Of a stretch of 64,000 bases of DNA, positions 30,465 through 44,929 are shown piece by piece. Source of the stretch: the human T2T-CHM13v2.0 reference genome, Homo sapiens; the NCBI RefSeq assembly GCF_009914755.1, contig NC_060940.1; one strand, 5' to 3'. How positions within the stretch are numbered: position 1 is the first letter of the stretch; every line of letters begins with the position of its first letter. Under the pieces are notes generated by a model. The model made no database searches. It saw nothing but the letters and a program-made list of their open reading frames with translations, and was not told the DNA's origin. The position numbers and the translations under genes are program-made.

Positions 30465-31034
30465 ATTTTTTTTTTTTGAGACAGAGTCTCACTCTATTAC
30501 CCAGGCTGGAGTGCAGTGGCGCAATCTTGGCCCACTGCAGCTTCCGCCTCCCAGGTTCAAGCAATCCTCCCACCTCAGCCTCCTGAGTAGCTGGGATTAC
30601 AGGTGCACACCATCATGCCTGGCTAATTTTTGTATTTTTAGTAGAGGCAGGGTCTCATCATGGTGGCTAGGCTAGTCTAGAACTCCTGACGTCAAATGAT
30701 CCGCCCACCTCAGCCTCCTGAGTAGGTGGGATTACAGGTGCACACCATCATGCGTGGCTAATTTTTGTGTTTTTAGTAGAGATGGGGGCCTCATCATGTT
30801 GGCTAGGCTGGTCTAGAACTCCTGACGTCAAATGATCCGCCCACCTCAGCCTCCTGAGTAGCTGGGATTACAGGTGCACACCATCATGCCTGGCTAATTT
30901 TTGTATTTTTAGTAGAGACAGGGTCTCATCATGTTGGCTAGGCTGGTCTAGAACTCCTGATGTCAAATGATCTGCCCGCCTCGGCCTCCCAAAGTGCTGG
31001 GATTACAGGCGTGCGTGAGCCGCCGTGCCTGGCC
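30465..31034 (-). mobile_element. AluS with an internal 135-136-bp unit in three copies, inserted in a MIR
   Basis: Units at 30571-30705, 30706-30841 and 30842-30976; a single TSD acattaccc at 30455 and 31035. Confidence 0.93.
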
Positions 31035-32124
31035 ACATTACCCGCTTTATCAGATTGTTGTGGGGATTCAGTGAGTTAACATGTGAGTGATTAGAATAAT
31101 GCCTGGCACATAGCAGATGCTAAATATCATAGTAATAATAATGGATTGTTGTCTCTTGCTGTGTAACAAACCACCCCAAGGCATAGTGGTGAATACTGGA
31201 GGTATTTCCAGTTTGGGGCTCTTGAATAATATGAGTGAATGAATGAAATAATACAAATGTACATGTGTAGTTGGGCAGCCTCGGTGGCTGTTGCCTTCCT
31301 CGAGGGCTCGAATGCTGTGTGTCTTGGTGATCGGCTGACAGGCAGCCGTTGCCTCTTCTAAGATGGGTGGTTTTCCTTTTGAGGTGGGTCCTGGGGGCTC
31401 CTGGCTGCTCAGTGCTGGCCCTACTTGTTGCCTTGTGTGCTGCTCTGAGCCAGGCTTGGTCTTGCTGGGCTGACCAACCCATTTAAGCCTCAGGAAGTGG
31501 CCTCTGTAGAAAAAAATGTATAAGCAGCGGGTGGTGAACAGATCAGTGGAGCGCAGAGCCCCAAAATAGATCTTTCTCCGCTAACTTGCCAAGCAACTGG
31601 GGGCAGTGGCAAATGCTTTGCATAACTTCCTACCCAAAAGAAAAGGTTTTACTGCAAACAACTTTTGGGGACCCCTCCCCTCTCAAATAATCTCAGACAG
31701 ATCCAAGATGTTTTTTTTTTTTTCCAGAGCAGCACAAAGAGAGAGCCAGACAGGCCTGGGGTTCCATCCCAGATCCACCATTTGCAGGCTGTGTGATTTT
31801 GGGCAAATTCCTTAACTTCGCTGAGCCTTCTCTTTTCCTGTGTTAACTAGGGAAGATGAGACTAGACTCTCCAGTGTGTATGCAAAGCACCCTTACGCTG
31901 CAGAGATGCTGCAAATAGGGAGTGTCTTTTTTTTCTTCCTTTTTCATTTTTATCCTCTGTGCTTGCCCTAGAGCTTGTTATCAATTTCTCTTAGCTTTGT
32001 CAATTGTGGTGGGGTGTGGGGGATTGAGATTTGGCTTTCCTGGGAAGATGTTCCAAAACTGTCTTTGAAATAATACTCTCCTCCTCTGCAGATCAGTGGA
32101 CAGGGTGTTGAAGGGTCGGCATAG

Positions 32125-32930
<806 letters not shown>

Positions 32931-33374
32931 ATAAAGCAGGCGAGGCCTATGTTGGCTGTGGTTTCACAGGAAAGTGGCCTCTTGGATGATGGCGCCTTAT
33001 GGTCATTTTTATGTTTCTTCCCTTCTGATCTGGATGGATTGTTTTCAGTTCAGCCTAGGGGAGGTCTGGCTTCCCCGGGGCTTTACCTCGAGACTGGATC
33101 TCTGCAGTCAGGCCTCTGGTGAGCCCCTGTGGCCGGGGCAGCTGCAGCAGAGAGGCTTCCTCTCTCGACAGAAACGCAGAAGTGAGCTGCTTGCTCGCAG
33201 AGGCCAGGCTTCCTGTCTGGCCAGTCCCTGAAATGCTGCTCCCCACCCCTCGCCCCATGAGAGTCCAGGTGAAGATTGAGTGGGGGTAGGGGCTGCACTG
33301 TCTGATCTCTGAAGTGAGCCCCTTCCTGTCTAGCTTGGATTTGTGTTGAAGGCTTTAAGATGACTGTTTTCTTG

Positions 33375-33675
33375 TTTATTTACTTTTAAGAGACAGGATC
33401 TGGCTCTGTCGCCCAGGCTGGAGTGCAGTAGTGTGATCATAGCTCACTGTAGCCTCAAACTCCTGGGCTCAAGCGATCTTCCCGCCTCAGTCTCTCAAGT
33501 AGCTGAGACTACAGATGTGCACCACCATGCCCAGCTAATTTTTTTTTTTTTTTTCCCTGTAGAGACAGGGTCTCTCTATGTTGCCCAGGCTGGCCTTGAA
33601 TTCCTGGCCTCAAGCAATCCCCTGACCTCGGTGTCCCAAAGTGCTGGGATTCCAGGCATGAACCACTGCACCCAG
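33375..33675 (-). mobile_element. AluJ
   Basis: GATCATAGCTCACTGTAGCCTCAAACTCCTGGGCTCAAG. Confidence 0.92.
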
Positions 33676-33679
33676 ACAA

Positions 33680-33990
33680 TTCTTTTCTTTTCTTTTTTTT
33701 CCTTCCTTCTTTTCTTTTCTTTTTTCTTCCTTCTTTTCTTTCCTCCCTTCCTTCCTTTCCTTCCATCCTTTCTTCTTTCCTTCCTCCCTTCCTCCTTTCC
33801 CTTTCCCTTTCCTTCCTTCCTTCTTTTCCTTCTTTTTCTGTTTCTTTTTCTTTTTCCTTTCCTTTCCTTTCCTTTCCTTTCCTTTCCTTTCCTTTCCTTT
33901 CCTTTCCTGTCCTGTCCTGTCCTGTCCTGTCCTTTCCTTTCTTTCCCTCCTTCCCTCCCTCCCTCCCTCTCTTTCTCTCTTTCTTTCTTT
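33680..33990. repeat. Compound polypyrimidine microsatellite (TTCC, TTTCC, CCTGT, CCCT, TTTC)
   Basis: About 310 nt nearly pure C/T; forms the tail of the downstream antisense Alu. Confidence 0.95.
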
Positions 33991-34274
33991 CATGGAGTTT
34001 CACTCTTGTCACCCAGGCTGGAGTGCAATGGCGTGATCTCAGCTCACCGCAACCTCCACCTCCCGGCTTCAAGCAATTCTCCTCCCTCAGCCTCCCAAGT
34101 AACTAGGATTATAGGCATGCGTCCCCACACCTGGCTAATTTGTGTATTTTTAGTAGAGACAAGGTTTCACCACGTTGGCCAGGCTGGTCTTGAACTCCTG
34201 ATCTTAAGTAATCCACCCACCTCAACCTCCCAAAGTGCTGGGATTACAAGCGTGAGCCACTGCACATGGCCCCA
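33991..34274 (-). mobile_element. AluSp/Sq-type
   Basis: GGAGTTTCACTCTTGT...GCAATGGCGTG...CTCACCGCAACC. Confidence 0.92.
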
Positions 34275-34589
34275 GCCACTTATTTTCTTGTGATTTGTCA
34301 GCAAACAGCCTCTGGGGTTGTGACTGCTGGAAAGCACCTCCAGCTTTTGTGGAGCCAGGTGTGGCTGGCACTTTTCGTTGGGATCATGTTTGGATCTCCC
34401 TCAGACCTTCTCACCATGTTCCTCGTGTGCCACACTGGTGAGATAACGGGGTGTGGGAGAGACTGGGCATTCAGATTCAGCGGTTATAATTAAAGGGCAA
34501 CACTGAGGCCAGGATGGCTGGGATCCTCTCGTAGCTGCCATGTGACCTCTGGCCTTTTTGTCCTTCCCCATGATGTCACCTTTCATTGG

Positions 34590-35028
34590 ATGGTGACTCC
34601 CTGCACATACCCCCAAAGGTGTCCATGTCCTAATCTTTGGAACCTGTGGATATGTTACATTATGTGGCAAAGGAGATTTTTGCATGTGTGATTAAGGGAA
34701 AGATCTTGAGATGGGGAGATTCTCCTGCATGACCCAGGTAGGCCCAATGTAATTACAAGGATCTTTAAAAGAGGAAGGTAGGAGGTCACAGTCAGGGAGA
34801 GAGAGCAGGATTCTGGCTTTGAAGGTGGAGGAAGGGGCCACAAGCCAAGAAATGCAGGTGGCCTCTAGAGCTGGGAAAGGCAATGGGTGGATTCCCCCTT
34901 GGAGCCTCCAGAAGGAACACAGCCCTGCTGACTCCTTGGTCTTAGCCCAGCGAGACCCGTTTTGGAAATCAGACCTGCATAATTGCAAGATGGTAAATTT
35001 GTGTTGTTGTAAGCCACTAGGTTTGTGG
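34590..35028 (+). mobile_element. MLT1D solo LTR (terminal part displaced to about 35450-35552)
   Basis: CCCCAAAGGTGTCCATGTCCTAATC...GATCTTGAGATGGGGAGATT...GAGCCTCCAGAAGGAAC...AAGCCACTAGGTTTGTGG. Confidence 0.85.
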
Positions 35029-35108
35029 GGCCATCCTGGCCTCAGTGATGCTTATTTGGGAGTGTGTTTTTTTCCTATTACTGCTCTAATCTTTTAAATT
35101 AGATCTGA

Positions 35109-35450
<342 letters not shown>

Positions 35451-35463
35451 TAGAGCAGTAATA

Positions 35464-35541
35464 GTAGGTTGGTGCAAATGTAATTGCAGTTTAATTGTAA
35501 CTTTAATGGCAAAAATTGTGACAACTTTTGCACTCATCTAA
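35464..35541. mobile_element. MADE1 (Hsmar1-derived MITE)
   Basis: 78-bp near-palindrome GTAGGTTGGTGCAAATGTAATTGC...AATGGCAAAAA...ACTTTTGCACTCATCTAA, flanked by TA on both sides. Confidence 0.88.
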
Positions 35542-35859
35542 TAGGAAACACACTCCCACGTAACCATCTCCTGAGATCCCTTTCCTTGACCCATTCGGTA
35601 AATATTTACTGAGCCCCTCCACATGCTGGAGACTCTGCTTGTCACCAGATTGACCAAAGCAAGGTCTTGTCCTTCAGGGGTTCAAGTCTTAGGAAGACAG
35701 AGACAAGATGACAAGGCTAAGATTGTCACATAGGGTGTTAGGTGCATCGTAGAGAAAGAAGACATAGAAATCAGATGGCATTGGACCAGAGAAATTTTCT
35801 CAGATGTCAGTGAAAGGAGCTTTGAACTTGGAGCGAGCTCTGGAAATGTTGTCTGGTCG

Positions 35860-36050
35860 CACTGGGTATCTAGTAAATATTTCAAACTCAACGTGTCCAA
35901 AATGGAATTTGTCACCAAAACAACGGAGATCTCTGCCTTTAAAACCTATTCCTCCAGTTTTCCCCATTGTGGTAAGAGATACCACCATCCAGCCAGGTCC
36001 CCATGCCAGAAAGCTAGAGTCCTCCTCGGCCCCTTTGCCACCTTCATTTC
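35860..36050 (+). mobile_element. L2 fragment
   Basis: TTCAAACTCAACGTGTCCAAAA...ACCACCATCCAGCCAG...GCCAGAAAGCTAGAGTC. Confidence 0.7.
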
Positions 36051-36229
36051 TGGCATCATGTCCACCTCCTGGTTCTTGGGGTTCATCACTGTTTGGAGAT
36101 GTGCTTCCCTCTGCCACGGCAAGGCTCCAGGATCCTAGGCTCAGAGTTGGGGGAACCGAGAAAAGCATCAAGTATGATCTGTGTCCTCACCTAGGTGCAG
36201 TAGGAGGTCAGTGTAGGGGTCCATGGGCA

Positions 36230-36400
36230 GGTTCCCTGGGCTCCAGTTTCAGCTCTGCACTTACCAGTGTGACCTTGAGGTCAAAGTGCTCGACCTCGTG
36301 TGCCTCAGTCTCCTCACTGATAAAATCGCAATAATAGTAGGACCTATCTCACAGCAGTGTTTTAGAATTCAATGTAACAAGCACTTAGAATAACACATGT
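36230..36400 (+). mobile_element. MIR
   Basis: GTGTGACCTTG...TGTGCCTCAGTCTCCTCA...TAATAGTAGGACCTATCTC. Confidence 0.7.
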
Positions 36401-36936
36401 TCAGTCAGTGATAGTGGTGGTTGTTGGAGGAAGCTTCTCTACAATACTCAGTGCTTCAAATGGTGATAGCAGCAGCCACTCATTAACCACGTCCTCTCAG
36501 TGGTCTTATTAACCTCTGTCCTTGGCGCTTTAAAAATCCTCCTCATGCTTTTTGACGAGTCTACCCATTTTATAGATGGGGAAACTGAGTTTCATAAAGT
36601 AGCAAGAACCTTCCCAAAGCCACTTAGCTGGAACAGCTTTACCGTGATTTTCTAGTATGACTCTCAAGGCTGCCGGAGACAATTTTGAGTAATTGCTGGG
36701 TTTTTAAAAAGTTCTTCTTCTGTATCCATTTGAGGTCTTGGTTTATCCCTGCTGGAGATCCGCAGAACCAGCCTCCTGCCTCCTGTGGATCCGATGAGAT
36801 GACTGAAGATAGGACACTTGATCCTGGACTTGTTTCTACTTCCAGCCTCCCTGTTCCCCTAGGGAATTTCCTCATGTTTTGCAGATTCCTAAGCCCCATG
36901 ATTGTGCTGTGGCCTAGGGCTGCATGTCCTTGTTGA

Positions 36937-37328
<392 letters not shown>

Positions 37329-37610
37329 GCATTTATTTCTTTAAAATCCTACTTCCTCTGTTTCAGATGAGGGATCAGAAACATAAATACCTGCAGGCAG
37401 CTGGATAGGTGACCTAAATAAGAGAAGCAGGTTGTATCTAGGGGACAAATGACAATAAACACAGGCTGCACACTGGGAAAGTTCTAAGGGTGGTGGGAAC
37501 CGTGGTTAACGGGGAGTCAGTGCATGTGTGCCTGGTGTAAAGTGGACAGATCCTACGTCATGCTGCAGGCTCAGGGTCCACAGATCTGCAGTTGGAAATG
37601 TAGGTTGTTA

Positions 37611-38374
<764 letters not shown>

Positions 38375-38910
38375 GAGAAGCGTCATTTTTATTCTGTGCT
38401 GTGGTGTGGTGCCTCTTCCTTTGCTTTTATGAGCTGCAGTTTTGATCAGCGAGTCCTTGCGGGTCAGCAGAGGGTCTTGAGAAAAGGTTGCTTTTACAAC
38501 CTTAAGCAAGTTATAAAAGTCGTCTGAGACTCAGTTTCCTCATATAGAAGCCAGCCGTCACAGCCTCAGCCTTCCGAAGCTGCTGTGATGATTGAACAAT
38601 GTGGCATTTTCCTGAGTGCCTGGTGAAGTCGGGTACATAGAAGGTTTCAACAAATGTGAATTTATTTCCCCTTAACTTGCATTCCTTTTTCTTTTCTGAA
38701 TGCCGAGGTGGGTGGATCATGAGTTCAGGAGATAAGAGGCTGTATCTTACCAACTGCATTCTGATTTTACAGGAGATCACAGAATGAATTTCCTGTGTGG
38801 GCCATTCTCTCAAACATTGCTAGTCTCAGGAATAGTCAGAAAAGCACAGGACCTGGCTTTTAATGATGACAAGGACTGCCCCCTCTGCCCTGTCTTTTTT
38901 GTATCTGTGA

Positions 38911-39403
<493 letters not shown>

Positions 39404-39874
39404 TAACATTACCACATCGCTATCAAAGTTCCAGAATTTATTTGGACTTTAACAGTTTCTCCTCGTATGTTCTCCTTCTGTTCCAGGATTCATCCAGGAC
39501 ACCACATTGCACCTAGTTTTTGTTTATTTCCATCGATATGTAGAGGTGTTTCTTTCTTTTGAATTGCTGTAGAGCATTCCATTGGTGACAAGAGCCATTT
39601 TGTCCACTCTCTCCTGCTGGGCATTTGTGCTGAGTCCCTTTCTCCTTTGAAGTTGCAGAGGGTGCTGTGGTAGCTGTGGATGGGGAAGGAACCTCTGAGT
39701 GGGGGGGCGTGTGTATTTCCAGCCTCAGTAGTGAGTGCCAAATCGCTCTCTAGGGGGCTTATTCTACCTCTCGGTGGCATCCCCACTAGGTGCCAGGCAC
39801 TTTCCTGCTGTGGACCCATGAACGGGCAGTGCTGTCTTGCCTTCAAGGAGTGGAGAGATTAAATATATAATAGT

Positions 39875-40127
39875 GGCCGGGTGCAGTGGCTCATGCCTAT
39901 AATCTCAGCACTTTGGGAGGCTGAGGCAGGGGGATCACTTGAGCCCAGGGATTTGAGAATAGCCTGGGTAACATGATGAAACCCTGTCTCTACAAAAAGT
40001 ACAAAAATTAGCCAGGCATGTTGGCACGCATCTGTGGTCCCAGCTACTTAGGAGTCTGAGGTGGGAAGATCACCTAAGCCCAGGAGGTTGAGGCTGTAGT
40101 GAGCTGTGATCATGCCACTCACTCCAG
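39875..40127 (+). mobile_element. AluJ lacking its 3' end and tail
   Basis: GGATCACTTGAGCCCAGG; stops at CACTCCAG. Confidence 0.9.
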
Positions 40128-40139
40128 CAGTGTCTTGTC

Positions 40140-40442
40140 TTTTTCTTCTTCTTTTTTCTTGAGACAGAGTCTTGCTCTGTGGCCCAGGCTGGAGGGCAGT
40201 GGTGCTACTTTTGGCTCACTGCAACCTCCACTTCTTGGGTTCAAGCGTTTCTTGTGCCTCAGCCTTCCAAGTAGCTGGGATTATAGGCGCATGCCACCAC
40301 CACTGGCTAATTTTTGTATTTTTATTAGAGACAGGATTTCACCACGTTGGCCATGCTGGTCTTGGAACTCCTGACCTCAAGTGATCCATAGGCCTCAGCC
40401 TCCCAAAGTGCTGGGATTACAGGCATAAGCCCCCATGCCTGG
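40140..40442 (-). mobile_element. AluS
   Basis: Antisense dimer. Confidence 0.93.
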
Positions 40443-40484
40443 TAAGACTGTGTCTTAAAAAACAACAACAAAAAAATGTGTGGG

Positions 40485-40517
<33 letters not shown>

Positions 40518-40547
40518 CACACATATATTTTATATATGTATATATAT
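40485..40547. repeat. (TG)n/(TA)n/(CA)n compound microsatellite
   Basis: Seen directly. Confidence 0.9.
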
Positions 40548-40839
40548 GAATGAAATGGCAAAATCATCTGCCAAGGGCTGCAGCTGACTCCAGAGGACCC
40601 TGGAGGAGACTGACAGACACAGTGTGTGATAGTGGAGGGGGATGGGAAGGGTGAGGGGGGCATCGGGCTTCTGGATGACTGAGGGTATATGCAAGTGCAG
40701 AGACAGCGTGACTAGAATGTCCAGGCAGGAGAGGGGAGATGGACAGGCACTGGGGGTCATGAGGGTTTCAGAGAGCATATGCAGTGTGTCCCAGCTGGTG
40801 ACAACCTTGCTCTTCCTACAACCAACCATACACATTTCC

Positions 40840-41185
40840 ATCTTGGGGCCTTTGCATTTACTATTTGCTCTGCCTGAAATATTCTATCTCAGACATCAGC
40901 CCAGATGTCACCACCTCTGGGGAGGCCTCCCTGATAACACCTTCTATGAGAGCCCCTCCCTCCTGGTCACACACCATGCTTTGCTCTTCTTTGGTTTAGT
41001 TTTTGTAGCACTTGTGATTGCCAAGTGTAATAAATATTGACTTGTCTCTGTCTCCTCCTATTAGAATGTAATTCTTCGAGGCCAGGAATTTGGTCTGTTT
41101 TATTCATAGCTGTATCCCCAGCTCCCAGAACAGTGCCTGGCACGTTGGCTTTTACCTACTCTTTGTTGACCTAATGGCTGAATGA
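40840..41185 (+). mobile_element. L2 3' end
   Basis: GGGCCTTTGCA...TAGAATGTAA...GCTGTATCCCCAG...CAGTGCCTGGCAC. Confidence 0.8.
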
Positions 41186-42214
41186 ACGGACGTGACCATC
41201 ATCGTGAGAATCTGTGGATAATAGCAGCAAACATTTAAACACAGGCTGTGCGCCAGGCACTGCACTAAGCACTTGGCCATGAACTTGGTCTCCTTAAATC
41301 CTCATGTCAATGCCACGAAACTGGCCCTCTCTATTTGTCTCAGTTTTACACCTGGGGACATGGTGGGGTTAGTATTTGAACCTCATCCAACCCCATACTC
41401 CAGTTGGGACCCCTGGCTGGGTCTCTGGCCAGTGCTGGGAAAGAGGGAGGCAGGTAGATTTCAGCCCCAAGCTGTGGAGTCCAGCAGGCATTTGTACCCC
41501 GAGTGGGACTCAGATCCTTGTGTTAGGGGGAACTTAGGCCAGAAGTGCCTGGGCTAGAGGGTAATGGGGACCCCAGGAGGCTCCCCGCTCTTGCCCCAAT
41601 CCTGCCTTGTCTGAAAGGGAAGGAAGGCTCTTACCTTCTAGCTGTCTGCAACAGGAACTGCCGGGAGGCCACGCTAGCCATCCCCCAACTTTGGTTTGCA
41701 AAACTCTGAGCCTGGTGGGGAAATGAAGGGCTGGCTTGCTAACCACAAATGAAGACTCATTTGCACAGGCAAAGCGGGGGCAGGGGTGACTCCTCTTGCC
41801 CTAGCGGAAGGGACTGACTTCTGCAGGCTGCTGTCTTGCTGGAGCCAGTCATGCCCCACCATTGAGCCTGGGCACTCGGACACAGTTACCAGCAGTGGGC
41901 TTTGTCGTCCTCCGGCCTCAGTCTTCTCCTTTGATAAATGGAGGGGGGGAATAGTGATATTGTGGCGATTCTGTGGCACTCAAATGAGGAAATGCACATA
42001 AAGCCTTTGCTCAGTGCCTGACTCATGGTGAATACTTGGGGGGATATTCACCATCATTGTTAACAGTGGTAGTGGTCAGAGGTGGCAGTCACCATCAGAG
42101 CCTCTCTCCTGGGCTCCGCTCCACATGGCAGCCACATTTTAGGAATAATCCTCAGATTAAGCAAAAGAGGTTAAGTGAATATTCCCTAATGCATGCTCTT
42201 CTTTTCCTTTTTGA

Positions 42215-42539
<325 letters not shown>

Positions 42540-43371
42540 CAGAATCTACCATTTTAATTACACTTCTGTGAGTGGTATGATATCCAGTTGACTGCGTGAG
42601 GATCAGATCCCATTCTTGCAAAGCTAGAGAATGAGGCAGAGGCCTGCCATCCTTGCAGCTAGTGGGAGACCCTGTGGGTGACCCATTAGCCATAAGAGAG
42701 CAGGCTAAGTGCCCAGATAGGAAGGTGTCAGCGTGTGAGGCCCAGGCAGCCAGTGGTCAGCCGATACTTGAAGGCCTCCTGTGTGCCCAGCTTGCTGCTG
42801 GGGCCATGACAGTAACTGAGGGAAACAAGTCACGCTTGTGAGATGTGATGAGGACCTGGAAAGGGAAGTCCAGAAGCGGAAGGCAACCTCTCAGAGAGGG
42901 GGTGTCTTGTGGGGACTTACAGCCAAGGTGAGGGTGCTTTCCTGCTGGCACCCACCTCGCAGAACCCATTCCTTCCCTGAGTCTGGTCTGTGAGAAGAGC
43001 CCACAGCATGAGGATACCACGTTTGGGGTTCAGCAACCCCAGAATGAAAATCACCCTTTAAAGAAGGAGTGCTTTACCTTTCTGTGGGGGCCACAGCCTG
43101 GTTGTGTGTTAGAGTCACTGGGCTCTGGAGAAGCTTCTGGAGGACTGGGGCCTTCTTTCGCAATCTGTCCACACCCCCAGGGTCCTTTTTCCTGGACTGT
43201 GGCTCCGGTCGGTACACGGGTCCTGAGCCAGTATTCTGGCCCGGGGTGGCCGTTCCCTGTGGGTGAGGAGGAGGCACCTGGAAGCCCCTGGCCTCTCCTG
43301 TTAATCACTGACAAGGTAAAAGGATACTCCTGCCTGTTTTTTTTTTTTTCAATTTCAAAATTTAAAAAAAT

Positions 43372-43684
43372 CTTTTTTTTTTTTGAGTCAGGATTTCACT
43401 CTGTCACCCAGGCTGGAGTGCGGTGGTGTGATCACAGCTCACTGTACCTTCCACCTCCTAGGATCAAGAAATGCTCCTACCTCATCCTCCTGAGTAGCTG
43501 GGACCACAGGCATGCACCACTACTCCTGGCTAATTATTATATATATTTTTTTGTAGAGGTGGGAACTTACAGCCAAGGTGAGGGTGTTGCCTAGGCTGGT
43601 CTCGGAATTCCTGGGCTCGAGCTGTCCTCCTGCCTTGGCCTCCCAAAGTGGTGGGGTTACAAGCATGAGCCACGGCGCCCGGCC
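43372..43684 (-). mobile_element. AluJ carrying a non-Alu patch at 43559-43586
   Basis: J-type diagnostics; the patch matches 42909-42936. Confidence 0.9.
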
Positions 43685-44429
43685 TCCTGTGTGTCTTGCC
43701 TAACGATTGCCTTTGGCGATGGGAGTGCTGAATGCTTCTGGCATCTCTCTGTCTGCAGAGGCTTACCTGACTTCAAAGGAAGCATTCATCTTTAGCCAGA
43801 AGCTAGCAGGTTCACCCCAAGGTTTTCTGAGAGGTCATTCAGGGAGCAGCTGCTGGAACGTGGGAATGGGGACAGGAGGTAACTGGACTTACCTTGTCTC
43901 CGGGCCTTCCACTGTGGGCCACCCGCACAGACTACCCTGGTGTCTTTGGCATCAAAACCCAGCCAGGTGGCCTTGAATGGGTGACTTCATCTTCCTGGGC
44001 TGTCTCTGGAAAATGGGGCTTTCTTCCCAAGATTGGTGGGAGGATTAAAGAGATGTTGAGGTCAACTCTGACACCTATTAAATGTTCAGTAAGGGGGACC
44101 TGGTTTGTTCTCTGTCCCAGTAGGTGTTTCTGCCCTGAACTTGACCTCGGAGGGCTCGGTGTTCTGCTGGCTGCTGGCAGAATTGTGAGGGCGGTCTGTG
44201 TGAGAGTCTTAGCCCAGGAGCCGGCGCGGGTGGTGTTGGAGAACTCTGGGCCTGCAGCTAGACTGGCAGGACTCAGACCCCAGCTTGCCCAACCTGCCTG
44301 AGCCTCAGTTTCCCCTTCTGCAAAATGGAGTTGATGATAATGGTAGTTACTTAGGGCTTTGGGAGAGACCGCTGAGATGATGGACAGAGAGCACTCGTCA
44401 CGTGGTTGATAGACCCTGGATCTGCAGAG

Positions 44430-44450
44430 CTGCTGCTGCTGCTGCTGCTG
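44430..44450. repeat. (CTG)7
   Basis: Seven perfect CTG units. Confidence 0.95.
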
Positions 44451-44929
44451 TTGGGAGTTTCAGAGCTGGGGCTCCTTGAGGGATGTTCCTGAGAGGAAGA
44501 TTCTGGTAGGACCCACCTGGGACAGGGTGAGATCTGAGCAGGGTGGGGAGGAGAACCCACTGGACCAAGGCATGGCTGCCCTTTACAAGGGCTCCCAGGA
44601 CGAGGACAATCTCCTTTAACAAAACCTCCTGCCAGTCCCCAGAGCTTCTTGGCCATGAGCTGAGGAGTTTTTATTTGTTCCTTTGGTCTTTTATGGCTAA
44701 CTCTGGATTCCTCTTGGGTGGATGGGGAGGCAGCCTTGGTCCATTGTAGAACTGGGTACTACTGCAAAAGTGCCAAGTCCTTGCTGTAATCTGCTCTCTG
44801 GAGAACAGACCCTGTGGGCAGGGGAAAGGCCCATTGCCCACCTCCTGGTGTCATGAACACTGTTTTTCTCAGTGGGAGGAGGTGGAGGTACCCAAAGAGG
44901 AGGAAGTGGCCTTCCAGGTGCCACTTACT

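Noticed and set aside
30571-30976. Regularly spaced repeats that might suggest a CRISPR-like array
   Set aside because: The units are contiguous Alu sequence with no unique spacers, in a eukaryotic context.
33433-34293. 286-aa ORF, the longest in the track, and its antisense K/R/E-rich ORFs
   Set aside because: Made of AluJ, the pyrimidine microsatellite and AluS; it is open only because C/T tracts contain no stop codons.
35804-36334. 176-aa ORF
   Set aside because: Overlaps L2 and MIR remnants; no recognisable domain.
37367-37408. Exon-like 42-nt segment (ttcctctgtttcag|ATG...TAG|gtgacc)
   Set aside because: Stop codons in all three frames and a weak donor; no support as a coding exon.
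39780-39800. CTCF-like CCACTAGGTGCCAG
   Set aside because: Mismatch at a core G-run position; a single imperfect match is expected by chance in 64 kb.
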